Shown here piece by piece: positions 1-11,713 of a DNA stretch of 64,000 nt (position 1 is the stretch's first letter; each line of letters starts with the position of its first letter). The stretch covers positions 259,718,001 to 259,782,000 of the forward strand of contig NC_083223.1 of the NCBI RefSeq assembly GCF_032191835.1, written 5' to 3'. The notes under the pieces were generated by a model that was given only the letters and a program-made list of their open reading frames with translations, was not told the origin of the DNA and searched no databases. The translations under genes were made by a program, and so were the position numbers. This DNA comes from Heteronotia binoei (taxonomy: Eukaryota).

Positions 1-689
1 ATGTTCTTATGATGACCTGGGCACAAGAGAATGGAGCTAGGAGGGATGGCTTTTTATGAGAGAATTTACTGGGAGCTATGACTTTTCTCTCCCCTGCACC
101 ACAAGCCAAATTCTCTCATTTATACAGCCATTAAAAGCGGAGTCTTCCTTTTGCAAGGGTCACCTGAGCTTCCAACATCTGGAACGCCAGAGTCAGAAGT
201 AAAGAAGTAGAATGTCTAAATTCTGAATAGGAACATCCAGTATAGAACAACTGAAGAAGGAGGCTGCAACTATACAGAGTCCAGGAAGAGAAGAGGGAGG
301 GGAAGGAATTACAGCATGAAAGTATTTTTATGTATATTAGTAGATCCCTACACATTTTGTATGCTGCTTCATCAGGTGAGCTGATTAAAAGCAAAACAAA
401 ATAATATAATATAATAACATCAGCGCTCATATTTTAAATTCTCTTATATGTTAAATTTTGCACACCTTGTGACTCTACAAATGTGTACAAATAGCTTTAT
501 CCTGGTTACTGCAGGCCTGCCTTATGACAAAAACCTTAGATATGTTATTTAACTTTACAAAATAGACCAACTATGCGGCTCCTTAGGAGAAAAAAAATTA
601 TGCTCAGTCATAAAACTTCTTTTATACAACAGTCTGAACATTTTAAATTTCTTGTTATTGCATTATTTTATTTTGTTCTTAATTAGATC

Positions 690-861
690 GAGGGGGAGAA
701 TTCTAGCAGGAGCTCCTTTTGCATATTAGGCCACACACCCCTGATGTAGCCAATCCTCCAAGAGTTTACAAGGGTCTTTTTTGTAAGCTCTTGGAGGATT
801 GGCTACATTAGGGGTGTGTGGCCTAGTATGCAAAGGAGCTCCTGCTAGAATTCTAGCCCTG
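690..861. mobile_element. Fold-back hAT-type MITE
   Basis: Near-perfect internal palindrome (about 700-855); flanks attagatc/gttagatc (7/8 TSD). Confidence 0.8.
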
Positions 862-1048
862 GTTAGATCCCATGACGGAACATCACGCAAAACACATAGG
901 AATCTACAAATATAAATAAAATTATTTTCCCAGTGCACCTATTTTTTCTTCTTCTCTTCACAGAATAAGGAATAGTTGAGTGTTGCAGAGGGATGTTACT
1001 GCCCACTGTGATGCTCTCACACCACCCTCTGCCTTGTGGGGTGCTCAC

Positions 1049-1282
1049 CAAGTACCCTGCAGATGTCGATCACCGCGGTGAAGACCGGCTGGGCAAAGTT
1101 GGCTCGGATATGAACGACGCACCGGTTCGGCAAGGAAAGACGCACCGGCTTGTGCTGTGGTGTGTAGAGCAGGCGGGCATCTGCCAAAACCCCGTATTTA
1201 TCCAGGCTCCAGTGTGTATTCAAGAGCCACCTTTTCTTCTGCTCCCACCACAGGGCGTGGTCTGACCAGTCTCGCGGCAGTT
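1049..1282 (-). CDS. FERMT3: FERMT3 (kindlin-3) second coding exon, 234 nt
   Basis: Translates (K)[53 protein letters not shown]...ICRVL, matching the kindlin-3 F0/F1 region. Acceptor tttttcctgcAG, donor GTgagc; phase 1 at both ends. Confidence 0.96.
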
Positions 1283-1407
1283 CTGCAGGAAAAAGCAAGG
1301 GAGTGAGAGAAGAAGCTCAGCTGGATCACATACTTTGTATGCAGAAAGTTCCAGGCTTGATCCCTGCTGGGGAATCAGACACTGGGAATGGTTCTTCTCT
1401 GGAAAAA

Positions 1408-1686
1408 AGAAGATAGAAGATATAGGATTTATATCCCGCCCTGTACTCTGAATCTCAGAGTCTCAGAGTGGTCACAATCTCCACTACCTCCCCCCCCCCA
1501 CCCCTACAACAGACACCCTGTGAGGTTGAGAGAGCTTTTTACAGCAGCTGTCCTTTCAAAGATGACCCCTATGAAAGCTATAGCTGACCCCAGACTTCCA
1601 GCAGCTGCAAGTGGAGGAGTGGGGAATCAAACCCGGTTCTCCCAGATAAGAGTCCGCACACTTAACCACTACACCAAACTGGCTCT
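1408..1686 (-). mobile_element. tRNA-derived SINE (Squam3B-like)
   Basis: A box TGGTGTAGTGG, B box GGTTTGATTCC, L2-like 3' end and (TTC)n tail; one of 13 copies. Confidence 0.85.
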
Positions 1687-2737
1687 GCCAGCCAGAGAAG
1701 AAAATACTCAGCTAGATGGACCACAGCTTTGAGCAGGGATCAAGGTAGATACATAAATATACACACAAGGGTTCTGTGGTTTCAGTATGAAAGCCACAGG
1801 AAAAGAAGGGAGCCAGCAAAATGGAAATAAGTCTGAGATTCTTTCTGCACCTATGTAAACCCTGGCAAATAGCATCTGTAAAGCAGTACATAACTGGATG
1901 AAGGACCATGTAATGGCAGAATCCGACAAAGGGAGCTTTAACTCATGAAAGCTCATTTGCCACAAACCATTTTGGTCTCTAAGGTGCTATTGGACTTGAA
2001 TCTACATGTAATGAAAGGGACACAGGCTGGACAAAACAGCAAACCATGGTATATTTTAACTACAGTTTGTTTGTGAACCCAGAATTTATTTCCCAGACTG
2101 TGGGTTCTTCCGCATTCTTATTTTCCTCACTTGTAAATTCTTGTAGCATTTTCCATGTTCAAAAATCACATGAGAGTGTACCGAAGCTAGTTTTTGCACA
2201 GAATATACCTCCCTCCACTCATTTCCTTGCATTACATTTCTGTCCAGCAGTTACCAAATTAAAACATGACACTTTGAAACACCTTGGAGAGCTCACTGAT
2301 AGTTTTAACTTGCCGCTGTTCCAGCTGCAACGGTGCCTTATGACAGAGTGCCGGCACTAGTGAGCCACATAAGCTTTACAGCAGTTTTGCAGCACTGTGA
2401 TTTCCCAAGGTACACATTGCTTTCAGCAGTAGCCAGTGGCTGCTTCTAATACAGGAGGATACAGGAATGAGAGAAGTGTTTTGTCATCAATTGCATCAGT
2501 CTAAATTTTGTCAGGAAGATGGCATTTGGAAATAGAGATACCAGCCAATATTTCATACATAAAAACAGGCGCATACTTGTAACACTCACATTCTCATTGT
2601 CAGGCTAAGCAGATATGTACTCAGGGCTGGCATCAGTATACCCTGAGGTAAAGCAGATGCTGGGACACAGGGTTTCTGGCAGGGCCCACTGGCTGCCAGC
2701 AGCCCCCCCACCCTTTCACCTCCTAGCATTCTATTGC

Positions 2738-2932
2738 CAGTGTTCCCTCTAAGCTGAGTTAGTGTGAGCTAGTTCACAGTTTTTGTAACCTCTGGCTCAC
2801 ACGTTTTTGTCTTCGTTCAGGAACAATGGCCCCAGAGCAAACTAATTTATGCAGCAGCCAAATCGCTCGTTCACAACTTTAATGCCAGTAGCTCACAATG
2901 TAGACTTTTTGCTCACAAGCCTCCACAGCTTA
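2738..2932. mobile_element. hAT MITE (CAGTGTTCCC family), right TIR cut by a SINE
   Basis: Colinear with 6261-6452. Confidence 0.82.
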
Positions 2933-3160
2933 GATGATGATGGATTTATATCTCGCCCTCCGCTCTGAATCTCAGAGCGGCTCACAATCTCCCCCACAAC
3001 AGATGCCCTGTGACGTGGGTGAGGCTGAGAGAGCTCTTACAGCGGCTGCCCTTTCAAGGACAACTCCTACAAGAGCTATGGCTGACCCAAGGCCATTCCA
3101 GGAGCTGCAAGTGGAGGAGTGGTGAATCAAACCCGCTTCTCCCAGTACACCAAACCGGCT
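2933..3160 (-). mobile_element. Squam3B-like SINE
   Basis: Same family; inserted at the end of a MITE. Confidence 0.85.
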
Positions 3161-3990
3161 TTGAGGGAGGCGGGAGCCTTGTCCATCACCCATTCTCCCT
3201 GCTGCACTTGCTGCCACAGTCAGCCCTAGACTGTCTGGCACCCTCCCCCCGCACTGCTAATATCACTGAGTCACATGGAGGGGTGCCCAATTTGGTGCTC
3301 CCAGAAGGCTGGTGCCCTAGACAATTGCTTAGTTTGCCTAGTGGCAGGATTAGCCCTGCTCACTGCAGTGGGAGTGCTTGAGAGCAGATACAGGGAGGAC
3401 TTGCAAGCAGGTAGAAAGCATGCAGGGGAGTGGGTGGGCATAAGTGCCTGACGGTAGGCGGAGGAGGGGAAGGGGAAGGGGGCCCCTGGGCCCCCTCTCC
3501 AAAACCTGGAACAAACCTGCATGTACCGTCCACTATCACTCATTGCGGAAGGCTCTTAACCAGCTGACAGCATGCTGTAAAAATTTTCTGTCCTCTGCTG
3601 ATTTAAAGCCAAGACAATTTCGTCTTGTGCTACAGTAGAAAACCATAATTGTTCTACAGTATGCTGAGCAATTCAAAATATACCATAGTGGCTGGAAGGT
3701 GTAAAAAAGGCAGGAAATGCATTGCATGGTGCCTTAGCGTGTCGGGTACATGCAGGTGCATGTGTTGCAGGTGCCAGCCTGCAAATGGGCAAAGTCAGCA
3801 ACTGCCTGTACTCATGCTTCTTCCATTGTGGCCTCCAGCTTGGAGGAAAGGCCTGCCGGAAGAAGTCAGGAAGGCTCCCAGCTCCCCTGGCTTTCCGCAA
3901 ACCAAGCAAAACTGAATTATGCAGGATGGCTTTTCTATGCAGGCAAGGGTAGCACAAACAGTTCACAAAGATACTTGGATAAGTCATTGG

Positions 3991-4342
3991 CAATGCTGGA
4001 TTAAACCCTGTGGAGGCCCCTAGGCAGTCAAAATCTCATGGGGCCCTTTGCAAATTATCTCAAAGTTGGAGAACCCACCCACGCCCCCCCCTGCAGCCAC
4101 CTTCTCAAAAGCCCCTTTGACAAAGCTGTGGGGAAGAGGCAGAGAGAACCAAAGTTGGCAACAACTCCAGCAGTAGCCACACCAGGCAAGTTGGGCAAAG
4201 AGTGGCTCAGTCGCTGGCTATGTGTGCAGGCTGGGAGGGCTGCAAGCAGGGGAAAACTGGGGGGGAAAGCTGGCCTGGGGCTTCTAAAGGTGTGGAGCCC
4301 ATAGGCTAGTGTCTAGTTAGCCTAACTGTTAATCTGGCCCTG
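3991..4342. mobile_element. hAT MITE (CAGGGCCGGATTA ends)
   Basis: Perfect 8-bp TSD gtcattgg. Confidence 0.85.
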
Positions 4343-4574
4343 GTCATTGGGGAAGGTGGTCTGTGCAACTGTGCATAGCTTGCCATGGGTTGGCTCCTGT
4401 TGTGTAATTTTGCATCATTGAATGTGTCCTGTTAACTCTTAAAGAGCTTTGCTGACTTCTGATTGGTTTTACAACTCTAATCCTTTTTCATTGTTTATTT
4501 AATGTCCCCAATCTTGTTGATGGTATTGACTCTGACAGATTTCTGACAGCAATGCTGATTCTGTGAATTTAGAC

Positions 4575-4850
4575 AGATCATGGGAAGGAGAGCAGGAAGG
4601 GTTGCATCAGTGCTTAATTCTTGTGGCCCTTTCTTACATGCCCAGGAAAATGCTGTTTACCACTTTGGGGCCAGGAGGCAATTCCTCCAAACTAGTTGGC
4701 CAGGGCTCCAAGAGCTGGAGGTTTTTGCCATCTTCTGGGCATGGAACAGGGGTCACTGAGGTGGGGGGCCTGAAAGGGGGAGGTACTTGTGGATTTCCTG
4801 CATTGTGCAGGGGGTGGGTTTGGACTAAATGACCCTTCCAACTCTATGAT
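4575..4850 (+). mobile_element. CR1 3' UTR fragment
   Basis: Ends gacccttccaactctatgattc. Confidence 0.75.
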
Positions 4851-5181
4851 TCACTCTGTGTCATCTGTCTTGACTCCCAGTGGTGGACTATGTAAGTAAC
4901 CTGAATAAATATTAAAGACTCCAGAGATAAGAGGCAGCCTCTCTGCCCAGATGAAGCCTCTATAAACGGATGAACCTTGAAGAACAACAGCTTCAGCTAA
5001 TATAGATTCGAATTCAGTAGCACCCTGGAGACCAACAAGATGTTCTTGTTGCTTTCCAAGGTATGACAGGACTCAAATCTAGCTGTTCTACTACAGACCA
5101 GTACAACCACCCTTTGAAACTTGCTTCAGCTAAGGTTTGTTTGTTTTTAGGCATTCCTATCGGGGACAGTGATGGGGTAGT

Positions 5182-5460
5182 GAGACAGTTTGGTATAGTG
5201 GTTAAGTGCATGGACTCTTATCTGGGAGAACCGGGTTTGATTCCCCACTCCTCCACTTGCCCCTGCTGGAATGGCCTTGGGTCAGCCATAGCTCTGGCAG
5301 AGGTTGTCCTTGAAAGGGCAGCTGCTGTGAGCCTTCTCCAGCCCCACCCACCTCACAGGGTGTCTGTTGTGGGGGAGGAAGGTAAAGGACATTGTGACCG
5401 CTCTGAGACTCTGAGATTCAGAGTATACTGTGGGATATAAATCTAATAGCATCATCTTCT
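5182..5460 (+). mobile_element. Squam3B-like SINE
   Basis: Same family. Confidence 0.85.
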
Positions 5461-6189
5461 AATTTACCTATAAAATAGGGACCTGGAAGTAGAGACTGTC
5501 CCTAGTACCATCATAAATAGTTGCTTATTAAGTGGAAGGAATTTCCCCCTCCAGGTTTTATCAGCATCTCCATACTACAATGCTGACGTTGTTTCCCCCA
5601 CCTTCATGCAAATGACCACACCTCCCCACCCCCCCACCCCGCCCCGTGAAATCCACAGGATTGCAAAAACCAAGCTGGATGGTAAAATGACCAAAGAGGA
5701 GCTAAGTTTATGAACAGTCGTGTCATTTCCTGGCCTGGTTATCACACCCCTAAACCAAGGAGGGATGAAAGGGATTAACATTAGTCCCTAAGGGTGACAG
5801 TGTCCTCATGTTTATCAGAGAGATTCCAGAAACCCACAGGGGAAAAAGGATCTGACCACAATTCCTAGCTGAGTCACTGGTATTTCTCCCCCCCCACCAC
5901 CACCACACACACATGCAACTGGATAGAGACCCATCTGTATTGCATTTTGTGAGCTACACAGTCAGTCAGACCTTTTGGTGCTCAGCCGGAAGCTCTAGCC
6001 TTGTCTTTGGGCTTAGTTCACTCCTGTGTCCACAAGATGGAACAGCAACTGGGCACTGTCTGGAAAGCAGTGCTAGGGTTGCCAGCTCTAGGCTGAGAAA
6101 TACCTAAAGGTTGTTGGGGGTGTTGTATGTTTGTTCTGAGTGTTGCAACAACTTGTAATTCAGCAATTTCTCTTTTCATTCTGTTCCTG

Positions 6190-6848
6190 AAGTTCCTATA
6201 GAGAAGGTCGAGAAAGAACAACTTTTCTCCCTTTCTCTCAATACAAGAACTCGTGGGCACCAGTGTTCCCTCTAAGCTGAGTTAGTGTGAGCTAGCTCAC
6301 AGATTTTTAGCCTCCAGCTCACACATTTTTGTCTCAGCTCAGGAAAAATGGCCCCAGAGCACACTAATTTATGCTGTAGCTCACAACTTTAATGCCGATA
6401 GCTCACAAAGTAGAATTTTTGCTCACAAGACTGTAGCTTAGAGGGAACCCTGGTGGGCACTCAATTAAATTGCTGAGCAATTGGGTTAGATCCGATAAAA
6501 GGAAGTACTTCTTCACCCAAAGGGTGATTAACACGTGGAATTCACTGCCACAGGAGGTGGTGGCAGCTACAGGCGTAGCCAGCTTCAAGAGGTGATTGGA
6601 TAAGCATATGGAGCAGAGGTCCATTAGCGGCTATTAGCCACAGTGTATTGTTGGAACTCTCTGTCTGGGGCAGTGATGCTCTGTATTCTTGGTGCTTGGG
6701 AGGGGCAACAGTGGGAGGACTTCTAGTGTCCTGGCCCCACTGATGGACTTCCTGATGGCACCTGGTTTTTTTGGCCACTGTGTGACACAGAGTGTTGGAC
6801 TGGATGGACCATTGGTCTGATCCAACTTGGCTTCTTTTATGTTCTTAT
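6190..6848 (+). mobile_element. CR1 3' fragment (same family as 54850), interrupted by a MITE
   Basis: Colinear with 55230-55600; ends cttttatgttcttatgtt. Confidence 0.88.
6261..6452. mobile_element. hAT MITE (CAGTGTTCCCTCTAAG ends) inserted in CR1
   Basis: Perfect TSD gtgggcac. Confidence 0.9.
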
Positions 6849-6904
6849 GTTCTATTATTGTTTTATTTTTATTATTTCACTGGCTACCCAGAGAAAACCT
6901 GTTA

Positions 6905-7195
6905 CAAGGAAAAAGGTACCCTGTGCAAGCACCAGTTGTTTCCAACTCTGGGGTGATGTTGCTTTCACAACGTTTTCACGGCAGACTTTTTACGGGGTGG
7001 TTTGCCATTGCCTTCCCCAGTCATCTACGCTTTATCCCCAGCAAGCTGGGTACTCATTTTACTGACCTCAGAAGGATGGAAGGCTGTGTCAGCCTCAAGT
7101 CGGCTACCTGAAAACCCAGCTTCCACCGGGGATTGAACTCAGGTCGTGAGCAGGGCTTAGGACTGCAGCTTTAACACTCTGAACCACGGGGCTCT
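6905..7195 (-). mobile_element. Sauria SINE (Squam1-like)
   Basis: tRNA head, aggctg..tcagcc hairpin region and gggaaggcaatggcaaaccacccc tail. Confidence 0.75.
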
Positions 7196-7507
7196 TACTT
7201 TACAAGACAGATCCCAAAAAAGGCAATAATAGAACACCACCAGGTGCCGCAGGACTTAAACTTTGTTGGACGGGATAAAAGAATTCATAGTGGAACCAGA
7301 ACAGGCGGAAGAGTTGGTGGATAGGACCAGAATATGGGGGGAAGCTGGGGCCAGCACTGGGGGGGAGGGGAGACAATAGAATTTTTTCCTTCCCCTTCTG
7401 TCCCCCCTAGTGTAACCAATAAAATGTTTTTATATATATGTTTATGTATTCACAAGCTTGTTCTAGCATTTCCAAATAAATGAAAGAAAGACAAATTGGG
7501 GACTTAC

Positions 7508-7667
7508 TTAATTTATCCACTATTTGGAGCATGACACCTCCAATATGCATGCTGCCGGACACTCGGAGTGGGACTGGATCAGCCTCAGGTCCCAGATCCT
7601 CCACGAACACGCTGAGCTCCCAAGAGTCATCAATATATTCCCCACTGGCTGTCTTTATACCAGCCAT
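7508..7667 (-). CDS. FERMT3: FERMT3 first coding exon (ATG at 7667; exon starts at 7675), 160 coding nt
   Basis: [53 protein letters not shown] resembles the mammalian kindlin-3 N-terminus MAGMKTASGDYIDSSWEL. Acceptor ttgcctctctAG 8 nt before the ATG; donor GTaagt; joins in frame to 1282. Confidence 0.96.
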
Positions 7668-8113
7668 GGTGAGTCCTAGAGAGGCAAGAAAAGACAATAG
7701 CTTGATGATGAGTCCAGCTGAATCAAACTGAAAGATCAATCTAGCCCAAATACATAGGTGATACAATTCCTTAATTTCATTCTAGCATTTGATAAACAGA
7801 TATATTGCCTTTTTACCTGGAGGTTCCATCTAGCTATCGGGACTAATGACTATTGACAGAGTCCCTCTGTGCATTTTTCTAACTGTCTTTTATGTTGCCT
7901 AAGCTAGTGGCCATCGTATCTCGTGATGGTGAAGTCATACAAGAATTATATGTTGTGTAAGGGAGAACTTCCTGTGTCTGCTCTGAATCTATTCAAAGAT
8001 CTGAGGATCCCAGGATATCAGTTCAGCTCAACATACACACTAGCCATTATCTCAGGCCTGATTCTTATATTACCAGAACAGCAACTGCTGAACACCAACA
8101 AATAACAACCACG

Positions 8114-8291
8114 CATGAAGCTGCCTTATACAGAATAATTGGTCCATTATTATTGTCTACTCAGATTAGCAGAGGTTCTTCAGAATCTTAAACAGAGGCT
8201 CTTTCGCATCATGCGATCCTTTTAAATGGAGATGCCAGGGATTGAACCTGGGACCTCCAACATGCAAAGCAGAAGCTCTGCCACTGAGCCC
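8114..8291 (-). mobile_element. tRNA-derived SINE (Squam2-like)
   Basis: GGCTCAGTGG A box, GGTTCAATCCC B box and cagtataaggcagcttcat tail. Confidence 0.75.
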
Positions 8292-8628
8292 TAGGGTTGC
8301 CAGGTCTGACTCAAGAAATATCTGGGGACTTTGGGGATGGAACCAGGGGACTTTGGGGGTGGAGCAAAGTTATGTCTAGCATAATTGAACTCCAAAAGGA
8401 GTCCTGGCAATCACATTAAAAGGGGCTGTACACCTTTTAAATTATTTCCCTCTATTTGGAAATAATGAAAGATAGGGGCACCTTTTCTGAGGCTCATAGA
8501 ATTGGACCTCCTCGTCCTATTTTTTTTGTAAACTTTGAGGATGTTTTGAGGAGAGGCTTCAGATGCTATGCTGAAAATTTGATGCCTCTATCTCAAAAAA
8601 CAGCATCCACCCACCCCCCAGTTGCCCC
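8292..8628. mobile_element. TAGGGTTGCCA-ended (Blackjack-like hAT) MITE
   Basis: Starts ctagggttgccagg. The same terminus occurs at 6074 and 63399, and as tggcaacccta at about 9100. Confidence 0.6.
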
Positions 8629-8657
8629 TGGATCAATTCTTCATTATACCCTATGGC

Positions 8658-8970
8658 AGGGGTGGCCAAACTTGTTTAACACAAGAGCCACATAGAATAA
8701 ACATCAGATGTCTGAGAGCCACAAGACATTAACATCAGTTCTTTTAGAGCTGGAAGGAAGGGAGGGAAATAGAGGGGGGAAGGGAGATGTGGAAAGAAAA
8801 TAAGTTTAACTTTAAATGCATTCTCCAAGCTGCTGGCTGGCTTGGCTTGGAGAAGTGATTTAAAAAGACAAATGCCTTCTCCAAGCCAGCCAGCAGGCCA
8901 GTGGGGGCTTTGAGAGCCACACAATTTGTGTGAAAGAGCCACATGAGGCTCCCGAGCCACATTTGACCCT
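8658..8970. mobile_element. hAT MITE (CAGGGGTGGCCAAA family)
   Basis: Colinear with 16654-16949; right end degenerate. Confidence 0.78.
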
Positions 8971-9464
8971 ATGGGAATCGGTCTCCATAGAGTATAATGG
9001 AGTGCCCAGCAGACATTTCTCTCCCACCCTGCTTTCAGATAACCCTGAAACGAGGGGAGAGCCTCCAAACTGGTGGATCCCCTGCCCTCAACTGGGGATT
9101 GGCAACCCTACTGAGCCCCTCTGACCCCTATGGATCTGGTCTACTAACAGCAGCTTTTTCCTTCAAGGCAAGAAACAGTTAGGCTTCCTATTCTGGGGGA
9201 AAGCACCACCAATAGAACCATAGGATTCAGCTCTCGGAATGCTCTGGTTATGTGGAGGGGCTGGGCCACATGAGAAGAGTCAAGCACCACAGCTCTAGCC
9301 AACCTTTGACCTTCGGATGCTGCCACCATCACTATTTAAGGTGATTTAAAATGCCTAGTAGACCCCAGTGTGGTTGGCTCAGGTGCTCTTGCTCCCCCCA
9401 CAGCACCTTTACTTTCTTTTTTGGGTATTTTTGTATTTGTGTGTGTTTGTGTGTGTGCACTTGG

Positions 9465-9648
9465 AAGTCATGGTGACCTCTGGTGACTGATTAATACTGG
9501 GGGCCTGGAAGATATTTAGAGAGGTACCTGAATAAAGTCTGTCCCTGCCCTCATGATTGCTGGTATTTCAAGGAGGTCTCCCACCCAAGTACTTGCCAGA
9601 TCAATGCTGTTTAGCTTCCAACAAGGTCGGGCTTGCCTGGGAAATCCA
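9465..9648 (-). mobile_element. 5S-derived SINE
   Basis: Same family, degenerate. Confidence 0.65.
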
Positions 9649-9754
9649 GGTCAGGACTCCACAGCACCTTTTTGATGCCAAAGCAGCCACTCCCCTGCCC
9701 CCAATTAGAGGACAATATAAGGAATGCTGAGTTTTCTGCTGAGAACTCAATTAA

Positions 9755-9965
9755 GAACATAAGAGAAGCCATGGTGGATCAGGCCAGTGGCCCATCTAGT
9801 CCAACACTGTGTCACACAGTGGCCCAAAACCAGGTGCCATCAGGAGGTCCACCATAAGAACCAAAATTCCAGAAGCCCTCCCACTGTTGCCCCCCAAGCA
9901 CCAAGACAACAGAGCATCACTGCCTCTGACAGAGAGTTCCAGCTATACCTTGTGGCTAATAGCCA
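9755..9965 (-). mobile_element. CR1 3' UTR fragment
   Basis: aagaacataagagaagccatg...gtggctaatagcc, the reverse complement of the CR1 tail. Confidence 0.8.
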
Positions 9966-10364
9966 TTCTGTGATATGCAGGGCCCAATTTGGACTGGGAC
10001 CACAGTGTACGAGAAGAAGGGGCTTAACCCTCCCCACCCCCGGGCTCCATTTTCTCAAACCAAAATGGCAATAGGGATCTGCTGTTTATCCCATTAGGAC
10101 TGATGGGCTACCTAAGTGTCTTCAGTAGGACAAACAGTAGCTCCTCCTGAGATCATCTCAGCCTTGAAAAGGAGGGGGCAGTTTAATTACCCTCCCCGCC
10201 CCCAATTCAAATCAGGTTCTACATGCCTGGAAATTAAGTTCTGATCATGAGACATCCAGAAACTCTAGAAATGATTTTTTAAAAATTCTCATCAGAGAAT
10301 GCTCAGCATCATCTATTTTGCCCTGGAAACCCTATAAATGGTGGCTTTCCTACCACCACACACG

Positions 10365-10698
10365 CAGGGCCGGATTAACAATTAGGCTAAGTAGGCACTG
10401 GCCTATGGGCCTCCATGCCTTTAGGGGCCCTGGGCTGGCTTTCCTCTCAGTTTCCCCCCTGCTTGCAGCCCTCCCAGCCTGCACACGCAGCCAGCAACTG
10501 AGCAGCTCTTTGCCTGACTTGCCTGGTGTGGCTGCCCCTTTCTGCCTCTCCCCTGTAGCTTAGTAAAAGGGGCTTTTAAGAAGGTGCCTGCAGGCTGCAG
10601 CAGGGGTCGTGGGTAGCGCAGCGGGTGCTCAGATAATTTGTGGGGTGGCCTGAGATTTTGACTGCCTAGGGGCCTCCACAGGGTCTAATCCGGCACTG
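10365..10698. mobile_element. hAT MITE, same family as 3991 in the opposite orientation
   Basis: TIRs cagggccggatta/taatccggcactg; TSD cacacacg/cacacacc. Confidence 0.85.
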
Positions 10699-11713
10699 CA
10701 CACACCCATACTTTCTGTTTATAGTGAAGATGCTAGAAGTGGTTCACAGACAACGGCAAGATGATGTGGGGCTGCGGTGGTAGAATAGAGACTGTACCAC
10801 TTCAGACTATAGGTCAGAAAACTCTTTGAAAATGGAGGACCAGCATAACAACAAACTGAGCTGAGCGAATTCTTCAGTGTGATGTGTTTGCTGTGGATTT
10901 GCTAATAAAAGAAAGCATTAAAAATTACACATACAGCTGTCTGAAGCAGCACTGTCTGTTCAACCACAACCGCTTCCTGATTTAAATAAAAATCCATAGT
11001 AACACTTGTGATCAAAGACCTGAGCCGCGGCGAAGATGTTAGTTTGCCACAGTTTGTCCCATCTCCCTTCCCTCCATATTTCCTGTCAAAATGCTTATGC
11101 AGATCTCTCTGCTCTAGTGTGAAGCTTTCTGTGCTCCTTCCTTTTCTGCTGCTGTGAGCTCCTGTCTGGCTGATTCTAAACACCTCAGCTGACATTTATC
11201 ACCCACTGAAGTAATTCATGAGCCTCAGTTGCTGCCCAAAGCCTTTGTGTGAGCTCCCCACCACTTTGCCTGCCAGATTTCTAGTCCTCAGAAATGACGG
11301 TTGAGGTGAAGAGTTCAGTGAGCTTCTCTTTTTGTGAAAAGTGGTGCAATAACATGATGAAGGGAGCCAATAATTTCCATGTTCTGTGAGGTGCCATCAT
11401 CAAAGTACGTGAGACGTACCACAGTGACTAGTCTACTCAGAATTACATGAGGTATCTTTTTATTTTTGGGGGGGAGGAGGAGGGGAAGGAAACTGTTCAG
11501 GAAGGAGTCTACTTAAGGCTATTTGGCAATTCTCTCCATAGTTGCTAATAATTTTATGCTTATACTCAGTGATGTGCCCTGAAACAGCAGGGAAAGGACC
11601 GATTCATTAGTTACTTTCTGTTGCTTGAAGTTTGCTTCCCACAAAGATTTTGTGTTGTTGCCATGGTTAGTCATTCCTTTTAAATAACCAGCTGCAAGCA
11701 GAATTGTAACTGG

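Noticed and set aside
1-1048. Next FERMT3 exon (IRHPEELSLL...)
   Set aside because: No matching translation found; it must lie left of the window.
7668-7766. Upstream in-frame ATG extending FERMT3 by 33 aa (ORF 7407-7766)
   Set aside because: The extension crosses a clear polypyrimidine-AG acceptor at 7676, and kindlin homology starts at MAGIKT.
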